A stretch of DNA of 64,000 nt, from NCBI GenBank assembly GCA_022487055.1, contig JAKVJJ010000006.1, forward strand, positions 3,688 through 67,687, read 5' to 3'. Under the pieces are notes generated by a model. That model was not told where the DNA came from. It was given only the letters and a program-made list of their open reading frames with translations, and made no database searches. Shown here piece after piece: positions 8,376 through 19,399 of the stretch. How positions within the stretch are numbered: the first letter of the stretch is position 1; every line of letters begins with the position of its first letter. The stretch is from Oscillospiraceae bacterium. GTDB lineage: Bacteria > Bacillota > Clostridia > Oscillospirales > Acutalibacteraceae. The position numbers were made by a program, and so were the translations under genes.

Positions 8376-9170
8376 ATGCTGGAATTATCTCATGTATGCA
8401 AGACTTTCAATCCAGGAACTGTGAACGAAAAGCAGGCGCTCAGGGACATCAGCCTCCGCTTGGAACCAGGGGACTTTATCACGGTGATTGGCGGCAACGG
8501 TGCAGGCAAAAGCACTTTGCTGAATTTGATTGCCGGGGTCTATCCCTGTGACGGCGGTACGATTACGGTGGACAACGAGGATGTGACGCATCTGCCGGAA
8601 TATAAACGGGCGAATTTTCTGGGCCGTGTGTTTCAGGACCCCATGCGCGGCACAGCAGGGGACATGAACATTGAGGAAAATCTGGCAATGGCTTACCGGC
8701 GGGGAAAGCCACGGACGCTGCGCTGGGGCATTACCAAAGAGGAACGCACGCTTTATCACGACAAACTTGCCAAACTAGGTCTTGGCTTGGAGGAACGCAT
8801 GACCAATAAGGTTGGCTTGCTTTCCGGCGGACAGCGGCAGGCACTTACTTTGTTGATGGCAACTCTGCAGCGGCCAAAACTTCTGCTGTTGGACGAACAC
8901 ACGGCGGCACTGGACCCCAAAACCGCTGAAACGGTGCTGCAGCATACCAATGAAATCATCGGCGGTGAACATTTGACCGCATTGATGGTTACACACAATA
9001 TGCACCACGCAATTCAATATGGTAATCGGATTATTATGATGAACGACGGGCAGGTGCTGTTCGACATTTCTGGCGAGGAGAAAAAGGGATTGAAAGTGGA
9101 AGACTTGCTGGAGCGTTTCCAGACGGCTCAAGGCAAAGAGCTGGACAATGACCGGATGCTTCTGAACTGA
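8376..9170 (+). CDS. ABC transporter ATP-binding protein
   Basis: GGNGAGKS, LSGGQ, LLLDEHTAALD. Confidence 0.95.
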   Translation: MLELSHVCKTFNPGTVNEKQALRDISLRLEPGDFITVIGGNGAGKSTLLNLIAGVYPCDGGTITVDNEDVTHLPEYKRANFLGRVFQDPMRGTAGDMNIEENLAMAYRRGKPRTLRWGITKEERTLYHDKLAKLGLGLEERMTNKVGLLSGGQRQALTLLMATLQRPKLLLLDEHTAALDPKTAETVLQHTNEIIGGEHLTALMVTHNMHHAIQYGNRIIMMNDGQVLFDISGEEKKGLKVEDLLERFQTAQGKELDNDRMLLN

Positions 9171-9188
9171 ATAGGTTCTACACATAAT

Positions 9189-9224
9189 AACAGCCGCTCA
9201 TTTCTAAGAGAATGAGCGGCTGTT
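9189..9224 (+). terminator. Rho-independent terminator
   Basis: AACAGCCGCTCATT/AATGAGCGGCTGTT stem. Confidence 0.8.
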
Positions 9225-9410
9225 TGCCGTATCTATTGCGGTTTAAAAGGATGACCACAGATGGAGGTGTGTCTCATTTTTGAGCGCTATCGTGAGCAAC
9301 ATAGGGTTCCGCATTTGTTCCACTTTCGGATGCAGAACACAAGCAGTTTGAAACTGAGTTTTGGCGGGGGCAGAGGAAAAGGCTAAGCGAAAAGCCAAGC
9401 AGTGTGGAGC

Positions 9411-10109
9411 CTATTCAATAGAATGGAAGCATTGTGGCTGCCAGCCGACTGCAGCGTATGGAATGGTGAACACAACAATTCCTGTAGCGTAAGGCGCGAT
9501 GTCATATTGCTGATAGTAGATTGCAATGCCGCAGCGGGTGAGATAGTAGCTTTCTTTGTTGAAATTCTTTGCAATCAGCTCTCGGTAATTTTCAAAATAA
9601 ATACCCGGATTTTGCTGATATTGTTTGTCAGCCTGCTTGATTATCTGTTCTGTCAGCAACGCACTATAATCTTGGTCGGCCGGAAATAGGCAGGAGAGCG
9701 GAACATTTTTTCCGTTAGTAAGGTTCCAAGTGTCGGATGACCGGACCGTATTTCCGTGAGCGCCGCCGGTATACTCGTACTGATCGCGGTATATGCTGAG
9801 ATAGCAATTCCCATTGTAAGTCGTTTCATATTTTAGGACTGCGTCATAGGGGCGAAAAGGAAATCCTTGCTCTAGTGTGTCCTTATAGTAGGCAATGGCC
9901 TGCTGATACAGCTCACCGGACACATGCTGATAAAATGCATGGACTTGCTTTTCAATTTCAGCATTGATGCAGGTTTGCACAGATTCATTGCTCTGTAAGC
10001 ATATTTTTGGATAGGCAATGGCAAACGTAAGCATGACGGTATTGTCGTATGTAAGAGTGCGCCTTTTTTTGCACATTTTCATATATGCGCACGTATTAAA
10101 ACAATTCAT
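9411..10109 (-). CDS. PdaC/RsiV-like DUF4163-DUF3298 protein
   Basis: YTGGAHG and YDIAPYATG motifs; GGAGG RBS before ATG 10109. Confidence 0.85.
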   Translation of the reverse strand: MNCFNTCAYMKMCKKRRTLTYDNTVMLTFAIAYPKICLQSNESVQTCINAEIEKQVHAFYQHVSGELYQQAIAYYKDTLEQGFPFRPYDAVLKYETTYNGNCYLSIYRDQYEYTGGAHGNTVRSSDTWNLTNGKNVPLSCLFPADQDYSALLTEQIIKQADKQYQQNPGIYFENYRELIAKNFNKESYYLTRCGIAIYYQQYDIAPYATGIVVFTIPYAAVGWQPQCFHSIE

Positions 10110-10225
10110 GAACTGAACCTCCTGTTTTGGAATTTTTATTATTCTATTCAATCAAAACGGAGATTGACACAAAGCGGAGGTTTGCAGAAACAAACGATTG
10201 CATCGAATCAGGCAGTGCAGAGAAG

Positions 10226-10696
10226 TCACCTGTTTAAAATCCATATGCTGCAGTTCAAATATGCGGCAAAGGTTACCCACAGAAAATACGGAATCTGTAA
10301 AAATGCAGCGGTATGATTGATTTTGTAGAAAGAAATAATCATTGTCAAAATCAAAGCCCAAAGCAGAAGAATCCAAATAAAGGCAAACAGATAATTTTGC
10401 AGATTGAAGAAAATCAATGGCCAGAAAAAGTTAATGATCAGTTGTACACCGTAAAGAATCAGAGATTTTTGCTTTCCGCTGGATTCTGAGGTGTAAATCA
10501 GATAGGCAGAAATGCCCATCAATGCGAACAGAATCGTCCAGACGATAGGAAATACAAAGGCTGGTGGAGAAAATGGAGGCTTATTTATGTTCTGAAAAGC
10601 AGAGATATGGTCTTTCGTCAGAAATCCGGATAGGCCGCCAACCGCAAAAGGAATGAAAAGACTGATGAGTAAAGGTTTCCACTGAATTGATTTCAT
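10226..10696 (-). CDS. tspO: TspO/MBR family membrane protein
   Basis: KPPFSPPAFVFPIVW; PYFLWVTFA. Confidence 0.92.
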   Translation of the reverse strand: MKSIQWKPLLISLFIPFAVGGLSGFLTKDHISAFQNINKPPFSPPAFVFPIVWTILFALMGISAYLIYTSESSGKQKSLILYGVQLIINFFWPLIFFNLQNYLFAFIWILLLWALILTMIISFYKINHTAAFLQIPYFLWVTFAAYLNCSIWILNR

Positions 10697-10991
10697 AATG
10701 ATTCACCTTCCGTTTTTATTTCAGTATATGTGCATTTTAGTAAAAAAATCATTTTTGAGAGGATAAAGGAAGATGGTAACACCGGAAAACCAGAAGGAAA
10801 GGAACTGATTGTCCCGTTTCCGCAGGTCGGAGGCGGAACTGAACTGGTGAGCAGAGGATGGCAGGGATAGGGGAAATCACACAGCGACAATTCATACTGT
10901 ACCAAATAAGAATAGACCGGATTACATATACATCTGTGTTACCGAATGGCCTGCAGCAAAATCTGAACACAATGTTTGGAGGTATGAAGTC

Positions 10992-11423
10992 GTGAATAAA
11001 GTGCGCTTGCATACGTTTTTGGAATACCTTTTTCTGTTCCTTTTTGGTGGAACCGCATATTGCCTGTTGGAACTGCACTACCGCCACTGGACACATTGGT
11101 CCATGTTCCTCGCCGGCGGTTTGGTTTTCTGCATCATTGGTGTGGAAAACCAAAAAATCCGTTGGGAATGGTCGCTTGTCAGTCAGGCACTGGTGGCAGG
11201 GCTGACAATAACGAGCATGGAATTTCTATTCGGTTGTATTTTTAATTTGGGATTACATATGCACGTCTGGGATTACTCGAAGCAGCCATACAATTTGCTG
11301 GGGCAGATTTGCCTTATCTGGTCGTTGCTGTGGTGTGCGGTCGGACTGGTCGCGGTTGTGCTGGATGACTTTCTTCGGTGGCGACTGTTTGGCGAGGAAA
11401 AGCCGCACTACCGGCTGTTGTAA
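10992..11423 (+). CDS. Small membrane protein (putative ABC permease-like family, often phage-borne)
   Basis: THWSMFLAGG and WDYS..PYNLLGQICL motifs; GGAGG RBS. Confidence 0.8.
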   Translation: MNKVRLHTFLEYLFLFLFGGTAYCLLELHYRHWTHWSMFLAGGLVFCIIGVENQKIRWEWSLVSQALVAGLTITSMEFLFGCIFNLGLHMHVWDYSKQPYNLLGQICLIWSLLWCAVGLVAVVLDDFLRWRLFGEEKPHYRLL

Positions 11424-11435
11424 GGGGGTGGAAAA

Positions 11436-11603
11436 TTGGACAGCACAATCATCGTGGAAGTGATGTGCAAAGCGCTGCCGGACATCACTATGGATGAAGT
11501 CAAACAGTTGCAGGCGGTAGTTGCGGGCGAAGTCCATGCTAGTCGTGCGGCACTGACTTGCCCGTGGACACAGTTACCACAAACGCATTACAGGCTGACA
11601 TAG
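11436..11603 (+). pseudogene. 55-codon ORF, possible degenerate phage remnant
   Basis: TTG start with GGGGGTGG RBS; MDSTIIV...EVKQLQA; lies next to the tRNA 3' flank. Confidence 0.3.
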
Positions 11604-11729
11604 CAATGCCCTCAGTGGACGGCCTGTGTGTGCGGCTGCCTGCTGAGGGCTTTTTAGTCAAAACTGAAAAATGCATAAAATAAAGCCCGCAGGCAATTAC
11701 TGAAAACGTAATGCCTACGGGCTTTTTCT

Positions 11730-11805
11730 TGGTGAACCATCGGGGATTCGAACCCCGGACACCCTGATTAAAAGTCAGGTGCTCTACCGACTGAGCTAAT
11801 GATTC
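11730..11805 (-). tRNA. tRNA-Lys(TTT)
   Basis: Cloverleaf; anticodon loop CTTTTAA; CCA end. Confidence 0.97.
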
Positions 11806-12033
11806 ATATTAGACTCATCACACTCAATACTTATGTGAATCAGCCTTAATAGAATATCATTTTCGACGATGCTTGTCAATAGCTTTCTACATCTTTTTTG
11901 GATTATTCGCTTGTTAAAATCATTACAACTTAAATTATGATAGATTCTGGCGGGGGTGTGGCTGTCAAGAACAACCTGCAAAAAAGGCCGCCCGGCAAAA
12001 AGATTCCTGCCGAACAGCCTTAAAAATTGACTC

Positions 12034-13845
12034 CTAGATTTCCGCAGGGGCAAGTACTTCTGCCTGCTCGGAGGTCTGTGTGCGGTATTGGGACATATAG
12101 AGCTTATAATACAGTCCCTTCTTTGTCATTAGTTCCTCATGGGTACCACTTTCCTGAATCTGTCCGTCCGAAATATACATGATGCGGGAACAGTCACGAA
12201 TGGTGGAAAGACGATGCGCAATGATGAAGCTCGTGCGGCCCTTTAACAGCAGGTTGATGCCCTGCTGCACAAGCTGTTCGGTGGAGGTATCAATGGATGA
12301 AGTCGCTTCGTCCAGTACCAGAATGCGTGGGTCGGAGAGCAGCGTCCGAGCAAACGCCAGAAGCTGTTTCTGCCCCTGAGAAAGTCCGCCGCCGCGCTCT
12401 TTTACCTCTGACTGGTAGCCATATGGCAGTCTGCGGATAAATTCATCCGCATGCAAAAGCTTTGCTGCGTGCTCAATTTCTTCTTCTGTTGCATCCAGCT
12501 TTCCGTAACGGATGTTGTCTGCAATCGTGCCAGAGAAAATAAAACTGTCTTGCAGCATAATGCCCATCTGACTGCGCAAAGAATGAATTGTGACATCCAT
12601 GACGCTGTGACCATCGATGCTGACCTCACCGCTTTCAATATTATAAAAGCGTGAAATCAGGTTGACAATCGTTGTTTTGCCCGCACCGGTCGGGCCGACA
12701 ATGGCAATGCTTTCACCCGGTTTGGCTGTAAAGGAAACGTGCTTCAGAATTGTCTGCCCCGGCTCATAGCCAAAGCTGACGTCCTTAAAAGCAACCGCCC
12801 CTTGAATGGGCGGCAGGTCAATGGCACCCGGCTTGTCCTCAATGACAGCCGGCTCATTCATGGTTTCAAAAATACGTTCCAGATAAGATACCGCATTGAC
12901 AAAATCATTGTAGATATTTGCAAGGTTGATAATCGGCTGCCAGAAGCGGCTTGCATAGGTGCCCATGGCCAGCAGTACGCCGAAAGATGCCATGGGGTTA
13001 AACCAATAGGCACCGGCAATATAGACCAGTGAAAACACAATCTGTGAAACGGTTTCCGTCGTGAACCAAACGGTATTGGAAATATAGATGGCATCCATCC
13101 ATGTCTTTTTCCGTGCCTTCAGCAGCTTTCCAAGAATTCTATCATTTTCGTTTTCACGGTCGAAAGATTCAATTACACGGGCGCCTTCAATGCTTTCTTG
13201 CACAAAAGCATTGACATTGGAGTTCTTGTTGTTCACTTCCTGCCATGCTTTGCGCTGACGGGGCTTAATCAGCAAGATGAACAGAATAACCACCGGCAGA
13301 CCGGCCACGGTGATAGCAGCAAGCGGCGGACTGACACGGAACATAAAGAAGATAATGAAAATGATATTAATGATTTCGATGATAAAATTCAAAATGCCAT
13401 TTGAAAGTGCATTGGAAACGGAGTTCACATAATGCACAACGCGTACTAAAATTTTTCCATGCGGGCGGTTGTCATAATAGGAAAACGGAAGCACCTGCAG
13501 ATGATTAAACAGGTCACGGCGGATATCATGGACAATGTTCTGCCCAACCTGCGCCACCAGCACGGTGCGGATGGCATTGAAGCCGATATTGATGAGAATG
13601 GTGCCGGCAAGCAGAAGGGAAAGGTCAATCAGCAGCTTCATATTTTTCTGCGGAATTGCCACGTCCATGGCACGCTGCATCAGCATAGGTCCGGTCAGGC
13701 CGATAATGCTGCCCAGAGCGCTGAGCAGCAGGGCAGTTATCATCTTGCCCTTATAGTGCCTAACATAGACGAACACATTCTTTAAATTTTCCATGTTGAA
13801 GGGGGTTTCCAACTCTTCGTCAACATCATAGCGGTTACGCGCCAA
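12034..13845 (-). CDS. ABC exporter, fused TMD-NBD subunit
   Basis: GPTGAGKT, LSQGQ; probable TTG start at 13845 after AGGAGG. Confidence 0.93.
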   Translation of the reverse strand: MARNRYDVDEELETPFNMENLKNVFVYVRHYKGKMITALLLSALGSIIGLTGPMLMQRAMDVAIPQKNMKLLIDLSLLLAGTILINIGFNAIRTVLVAQVGQNIVHDIRRDLFNHLQVLPFSYYDNRPHGKILVRVVHYVNSVSNALSNGILNFIIEIINIIFIIFFMFRVSPPLAAITVAGLPVVILFILLIKPRQRKAWQEVNNKNSNVNAFVQESIEGARVIESFDRENENDRILGKLLKARKKTWMDAIYISNTVWFTTETVSQIVFSLVYIAGAYWFNPMASFGVLLAMGTYASRFWQPIINLANIYNDFVNAVSYLERIFETMNEPAVIEDKPGAIDLPPIQGAVAFKDVSFGYEPGQTILKHVSFTAKPGESIAIVGPTGAGKTTIVNLISRFYNIESGEVSIDGHSVMDVTIHSLRSQMGIMLQDSFIFSGTIADNIRYGKLDATEEEIEHAAKLLHADEFIRRLPYGYQSEVKERGGGLSQGQKQLLAFARTLLSDPRILVLDEATSSIDTSTEQLVQQGINLLLKGRTSFIIAHRLSTIRDCSRIMYISDGQIQESGTHEELMTKKGLYYKLYMSQYRTQTSEQAEVLAPAEI

Positions 13846-15580
13846 TGGCTTCACCCTCCTTCACGCTGTTTTGCAGTGCCCATATCTTATAATAGAATCC
13901 ATGATTTTTCAGCAGTTCCTCATGAGTGCCGCGCTCAATGATTCTGCCTTTGTCCATAATCAGAATCTGGTCGGCATCCTGCACAGAGGAAATCCGCTGT
14001 GCAATGACGAATTTCGTGCAGGAGAAGTCCAGACTGCGGAGCTGCTCTTGTATGTATTTTTCCGTTTCCATATCCACAGCGGAAGTCGTGTCATCCAGAA
14101 TCAGCACAGAGGGACGCATAGCAAGTGCCCGCGCCAATGAAATACGCTGTTTTTGACCGCCGGAAAGCCCGACGCCGCGTTCTCCGATGAGAGTGTCATA
14201 TCCATCGGACAGCCTGCGGATGAAGCCGTCCGCATCTGCACGGCGGGCACAGCGGATGACTTCATCCTGCGCCATATCCGCCTGCCCATAAGCAATGTTG
14301 CCCTCCACTGTGTCGGAAAAGAGGAAAACATCCTGCATGGCGACTGCCATACTGCGGCGGAGATAAGGAAGCTGATAATCCTGCACGTTTTTGCCGTCCA
14401 GCAGTACCTCTCCCTGAGTTGGCTCATAAGAGCGCATCATCAGGTTAATCAGGCTGGTTTTGCCGGAACCAGTGGTACCCATGATGCCAATGGTTTTGCC
14501 GGGTGCAGCGTGAAAACTGATGTCCTGCACAGCGTCACTGCCGTCAACAGTAAAGGTGACATGACGAAATTCAATGTCACCGTCCGCACGTTTTTTAGGG
14601 GCAGCGGAGCCGCTGCGGTTTACAATGCTCGGTACGGAATAGAAAACCTCCATTACCATATCACAGGAGGCAAAGAAGCGCTGAATGTCATTGATGAGCA
14701 TTCCCAGATTCCGCAGCGGGTTTGCCAGTGCCCACGTCAGAGAGGAAAATGCCAGCATTTCGCCGGCAGTCAATGTGCCCTTTATCATAAACAGTCCGCC
14801 CACCAGCAAGGTGATGACTGTGAGTGATTGAGAGAGCAGGTCAAGCAGAGGCTGAAATTTCACGCCCACATAAGTGGTTTTCAGGTTTGCCTTGCGGTAT
14901 TCTTCATTGCGCTCCTCAAATTTCTGTTTCTCGTATTTTTCGCGTGCAAAAGCCTTGACGACACGGTTGCCCTCAATGTTCTCCTGTGCAACGGTATTGA
15001 GCCGGGAAAGTTTCTCGCGCAGATGAGCATACATGGGATGCACAATTTTAGAAAATGCCATGGTGATGAGCAGAATGAATGGGGTAATGGCAGCCAAGCA
15101 CAATGTCAACTGGAGATTGACGGTGCAGAAATAGGCAATCGTCACCGCAAAGATAACCACAGAATCTACAACATTATAGGAAATCCATGCAGTCGAGTGG
15201 CGGATAAGGTCCAGGTCATTGGTCATGCGTGTCATCAGGTCGCCGGTCCGCATTCTGCCGAAGAAGCGGTAGTCTTCATTCTGAATGACGTCATACATCC
15301 GGGTGCGCACATCATCCAGCATCTGCTGACTGTTTTTTTCCAGCAGCACAATCATCAGATAGCGCAGGGAAAGCCGTGTGAGCTGCACAATGAGCATCAA
15401 CCCCAGCAGAGGCAGCAGCTTGGCTGTGTTCTGTGGAGTGATGACCTCATCAATCAGCTTTTGAGAAAGCATCGGGTTGATAATGAGCATGGCCGAGGTC
15501 ACTGCGGAAAGGCACAGCCCGATTACTAAATATCGTCGCTTGGGGCCCATGTATTTCCAAAGCCATTTAAGTTCCAGCAT
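13835..15580 (-). CDS. ABC exporter, fused TMD-NBD partner subunit
   Basis: GTTGSGKT, LSGGQ, DD Walker B; ATG 15580 after GGAGG. Confidence 0.93.
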   Translation of the reverse strand: MLELKWLWKYMGPKRRYLVIGLCLSAVTSAMLIINPMLSQKLIDEVITPQNTAKLLPLLGLMLIVQLTRLSLRYLMIVLLEKNSQQMLDDVRTRMYDVIQNEDYRFFGRMRTGDLMTRMTNDLDLIRHSTAWISYNVVDSVVIFAVTIAYFCTVNLQLTLCLAAITPFILLITMAFSKIVHPMYAHLREKLSRLNTVAQENIEGNRVVKAFAREKYEKQKFEERNEEYRKANLKTTYVGVKFQPLLDLLSQSLTVITLLVGGLFMIKGTLTAGEMLAFSSLTWALANPLRNLGMLINDIQRFFASCDMVMEVFYSVPSIVNRSGSAAPKKRADGDIEFRHVTFTVDGSDAVQDISFHAAPGKTIGIMGTTGSGKTSLINLMMRSYEPTQGEVLLDGKNVQDYQLPYLRRSMAVAMQDVFLFSDTVEGNIAYGQADMAQDEVIRCARRADADGFIRRLSDGYDTLIGERGVGLSGGQKQRISLARALAMRPSVLILDDTTSAVDMETEKYIQEQLRSLDFSCTKFVIAQRISSVQDADQILIMDKGRIIERGTHEELLKNHGFYYKIWALQNSVKEGEAIGA

Positions 15581-15763
15581 TGGTTTCTCCTCCTTTGTTT
15601 CGGGCGTGGAAAGCCCTGACTTTTTATCGAAAACCACTGTATTATAAGAGACAATGAAAGGGATGTCAAGGCTTTCGGTCAAAAGAAATTAAACTTTTGA
15701 AATTTATTCCGATAAATTGAATTTCAGCGGCCGAAAATTCAAATAAGCCATATTAAAATACCA

Positions 15764-18514
15764 TTATTTGGAGGAAACGGATGTCCATTTTTCAAGTTCG
15801 GAATAAAGCTTCTGCGGGTCAATCGGTTTTGCCAGATGTGCATTCATTCCGGCATCCAGTGACTGCTGCACATCCTCAGTGAATGCGTTGGCTGACATGG
15901 CAAGAATTGGGATGCTTTTGGCGTCCGGGCGGTCCAGACTGCGGATCTTTCGTGTCGCTTCCAGACCGTCCATAACGGGCATCCGAATATCCATCAGCAC
16001 AGCCGCATAAGTTCCCGGTTTGGAATCCTGAAACATTTGCACTGCTTCTTTTCCACTGTGTGCACAGTCAGTCAGCATGCCCTGATTTTCCAGCAGCTTA
16101 CACGCAATCTCAATATTCAACGGATGGTCTTCCGCCAGCAAAATGTGTAGACCACAAAGACTGCCCGGTGCCTTTAGAGTCGGTTGCAGGTCCTCCTGCT
16201 CCTGGGACTGTGCCACTTTTTTCAGCACGAATAGAAGCTGAAAAATGGTACCTTTTCCAAGTTCACTCTTGACCGTAATCCTGCCACCCATTAAATCGGT
16301 TAGCTTTTTGACGATGGCCAGACCAAGCCCTGTGCCGGTCTGTTCCGGAAGCTGTTGATTGTGTTCTTGCTCAAATGGCACAAAGATACGCTCAAGATAA
16401 GTGTCGCTCATGCCAATGCCGTAATCCTGCACCTCAAAACAGACATTTACTTTTTGGCCTTTGCCTTGTTGGCAACGGATGGTCAAGCGCACTCTGCCGC
16501 CTTTGCGTGAAAATTTCACCGCATTGGAAAGCAGGTTAAGGATAATCTGCTGCATATGCAGTCTGTCAAAGCGCAGACAGCACACGGAAATGCCTTTTTG
16601 CTCCACAATAAAATCAATGTCCTTTTCAGTGATAGACGGGCGCATGATGGTTTCAATCGTGCGCAGAAATTCTGCTATGTTCACATCTTCCGGATGCAAT
16701 TCCACTTTGCGGTTTTCAATTTTTGACATATCCAGAATATCATTGATCAAGCTGAGCAGATAAGTGCCGGAGGAGAGAATTTTATTAAAGTAATCCCGGT
16801 TTGTGTTTAAATCTTTTTCCTCTGTGCCAAGATGTGCTAGCCCCATAATGGCATTCATCGGTGTGCGCAGGTCATGACTCATGCGCGCGAGAAAATCACT
16901 TTTTGCGTGGCTTGCATTTTCAAGCTGCAGATTTTTCTTTTTAACGAGTGAATTGGAAACGGCCATGAGAATCAATATGAGAATACTGACGGCAATAGCA
17001 AGGCATATGGCAATACACAGCTCCGGCTCCATTTGAAAGTGGTCTGACAGTGTCAGCGGCTTTTTCGATGCCATGGTGGAAAAAATGCTTTCAATGCGGG
17101 GAGGCTGGATGCAATTCAGTGTCTTATTAAAGACAGATAGCAGAGTGGGGTTGCTCTGGCGTGAAATGCCGATGGAATACTGCTGTTCCGGGCTGCTGTC
17201 TATCAGGAAAGTGAGCCGATAACCAGCATGAGTGGCAAAATAACTGCCGGTGAAACGGTCACAGATGGTGGCGTCTGCCTGACCGCACTGCACCTTATTC
17301 ACAGCTTCTGCGTTGGTGTTACAGGGAATAATGGTTTTATCATGGGCGGCAAGAAGCTGAAAAGCGGCATAAGAACCTTGCTGCACAGCGATGCTCTTCA
17401 CTTCTTGTGTGGGAGATTTGCAGATGCGGTAATTGCCCATGGAGAGGAAGCTCTGTGTCAGCCAGACATTGTGGCTTTCGGCCCATGTGGTATCCCGGCA
17501 GAAAGGGAAAATCAAGTTTGCCTGTCCGTTTTCCATGGCGGTGTATGCATCCGGCAGAGTAGATGCTTTTTCCAGCTTGATTTTCAATCCGCTCAGGTTT
17601 TGCAGCAAGGTGGCAAACTGCGTGAAGCTGCTCATCTGTCCGTTTTCAATCAGGTCGGAATCACCAATACCGACGACTGCCGTCAGTTCGGGCTGAGAAG
17701 CGATAAAGTTCTTTTCCTGCCGGGTAAATGCGGGCTTCATGTTTGTCCCTGCCGCAAGATAGGTTTTGTCAAGGCTGCTGCAGAACTCTGGAGTGTTCAA
17801 TTCAATCTGCTTCAGTGCGCAGTTTATGGATTCTATCAGAGCATGATTGGTTTTGGCGGCGGCAGCGTAAAAATTCACTTTTGGGAGCTGTGCAATGACT
17901 TTGCAGTCAGAGAGTTCCCGGCTGGAACCAGTGAAAGCGGCATTGATTTTTTTGCTCTTTAGTGCCTGCCGCAGTGCTTCTGTGGTGGGATACTGCTGAA
18001 AGGTAACTAAGCAGTTGTGTGTCCGCAGCAGTTCCTGCAGACGTGCGTTGTCCGGACAGTCCTTTACTATGCCGATGGTCATGCCGCCGAAATTTTCAAA
18101 ATCATTGAACCAGTAATCGGAGTCCGGCTGAGTAATCAACACGGCGGTACTGCTGCAGAACGGCATATCGGACAGAGCATAATTTTGTGCGCTGCCCTCA
18201 GTCATTTCCATGGGAATGACCAAATCCAGTTTGCCTTCCTCCAGCATTTGCAGGCAGTCCGTATGAGAAGCGGCAGTAATTTCAAAATCGCTGCCCATAT
18301 ACATGGAAAGTTCTTTGAGTATATCATAGGCAAACCCAGAAAAGCTGCCATTCACATTGCGCTTCAAAAAACCATTCATTTCGGTGCAGCCAACTCTTAT
18401 CTGCGTTTTGCCGGTGACAGCGTCTGTCTTCTCAGCTGCGTGTGCAGGGCAGCATCCTGTGCAGACAACCACTGCTGCCAACAGTGCCGTCATCCATATT
18501 TTCAGCCGTTTCAT
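15764..18514 (-). CDS. Hybrid sensor histidine kinase with tandem periplasmic binding domains and receiver domain
   Basis: Signal peptide; SHDLRTPM H-box; NAVKF; GTGLGL; receiver LMDIRMP. Confidence 0.93.
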   Translation of the reverse strand: MKRLKIWMTALLAAVVVCTGCCPAHAAEKTDAVTGKTQIRVGCTEMNGFLKRNVNGSFSGFAYDILKELSMYMGSDFEITAASHTDCLQMLEEGKLDLVIPMEMTEGSAQNYALSDMPFCSSTAVLITQPDSDYWFNDFENFGGMTIGIVKDCPDNARLQELLRTHNCLVTFQQYPTTEALRQALKSKKINAAFTGSSRELSDCKVIAQLPKVNFYAAAAKTNHALIESINCALKQIELNTPEFCSSLDKTYLAAGTNMKPAFTRQEKNFIASQPELTAVVGIGDSDLIENGQMSSFTQFATLLQNLSGLKIKLEKASTLPDAYTAMENGQANLIFPFCRDTTWAESHNVWLTQSFLSMGNYRICKSPTQEVKSIAVQQGSYAAFQLLAAHDKTIIPCNTNAEAVNKVQCGQADATICDRFTGSYFATHAGYRLTFLIDSSPEQQYSIGISRQSNPTLLSVFNKTLNCIQPPRIESIFSTMASKKPLTLSDHFQMEPELCIAICLAIAVSILILILMAVSNSLVKKKNLQLENASHAKSDFLARMSHDLRTPMNAIMGLAHLGTEEKDLNTNRDYFNKILSSGTYLLSLINDILDMSKIENRKVELHPEDVNIAEFLRTIETIMRPSITEKDIDFIVEQKGISVCCLRFDRLHMQQIILNLLSNAVKFSRKGGRVRLTIRCQQGKGQKVNVCFEVQDYGIGMSDTYLERIFVPFEQEHNQQLPEQTGTGLGLAIVKKLTDLMGGRITVKSELGKGTIFQLLFVLKKVAQSQEQEDLQPTLKAPGSLCGLHILLAEDHPLNIEIACKLLENQGMLTDCAHSGKEAVQMFQDSKPGTYAAVLMDIRMPVMDGLEATRKIRSLDRPDAKSIPILAMSANAFTEDVQQSLDAGMNAHLAKPIDPQKLYSELEKWTSVSSK

Positions 18515-18603
18515 TGTTTACGCCCCCAGTCATAATACTCTGCTTGGTGATAAAAAAATCCCCGAAACCCGCATCAACATGCGACTTTCGAGGACTTATT
18601 TTG

Positions 18604-18677
18604 TGGAGCAGAAGAGGGGAATCGAACCCCCATATTCAGCTTGGGAAGCTGATGTTCTGCCACTGAACTACTTCTGC
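18604..18677 (-). tRNA. tRNA-Gly(CCC)
   Basis: Cloverleaf; anticodon loop TTCCCAA; CCA end. Confidence 0.95.
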
Positions 18678-18727
18678 ATTTGCCGGATAACGCTAATATT
18701 GTAGCACATCCCGGCATTGACTGCAAG

Positions 18728-19234
18728 TTAATTCAGAAGTTTTTTAAAAAGACGCGTTTCCGCTTCTGTATTGTCCGATACTGCTACCAGCAGATAAGTG
18801 CCGCTCTGCACCACAGCGGCATTTTTCACAAGCTGGTCCTGCCCGCTGCTTAGTCCATGCAGGGCGCGGGCCTTCTGATTCAGCCGCTCATGAATAACTT
18901 TTTTGGCCTGCTCCGCGTCATCTGAACGGCGCAGACGGAAGCAGCACAATTCCCCGGCGATGTTGCTCCTTTTGTCTATCCACATTCCTTTGCTTTCCAG
19001 CAGGCTGCTGTCCATCGGATAATATTTCTGCACGGAATGTGCCGCAATCTGGATATAACTGTTTTTATAACCCATTTCCTGCACCATTTCAGCTGCCAGC
19101 GTGTCTGCACTTGGGGTGCTTTCGGGTTTTTGCATAGAGTGAATGATTCGGATGCCGGCAGCAACCACAACCGTGGCAAAAACTACTGCCAGCACAGAAA
19201 GAACAATCCACCGGGGTTTTACACGGCTGCTCAT
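18728..19234 (-). CDS. DUF4358-like membrane-anchored protein
   Basis: N-terminal TM helix; C-terminal NAAVVQSGTYLLVAVS. Confidence 0.7.
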   Translation of the reverse strand: MSSRVKPRWIVLSVLAVVFATVVVAAGIRIIHSMQKPESTPSADTLAAEMVQEMGYKNSYIQIAAHSVQKYYPMDSSLLESKGMWIDKRSNIAGELCCFRLRRSDDAEQAKKVIHERLNQKARALHGLSSGQDQLVKNAAVVQSGTYLLVAVSDNTEAETRLFKKLLN

Positions 19235-19399
19235 AAAGAAGTTTTCCCTCCATACAAAAAATTTAATTTATTTTAATGCTTTTTACACGAAAAATAATTC
19301 TCATTTGGAAACTTGTTCAGCAAACTTTATCACACAATTTTTGCCAATACAATATAAATGAATAAAAATGCGTATGGAAATATGAAAAGTAAAAAAATA

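Noticed and set aside
9240-9410. Intergenic stretch containing GGAGG
   Set aside because: No sustained ORF or recognisable RNA structure found
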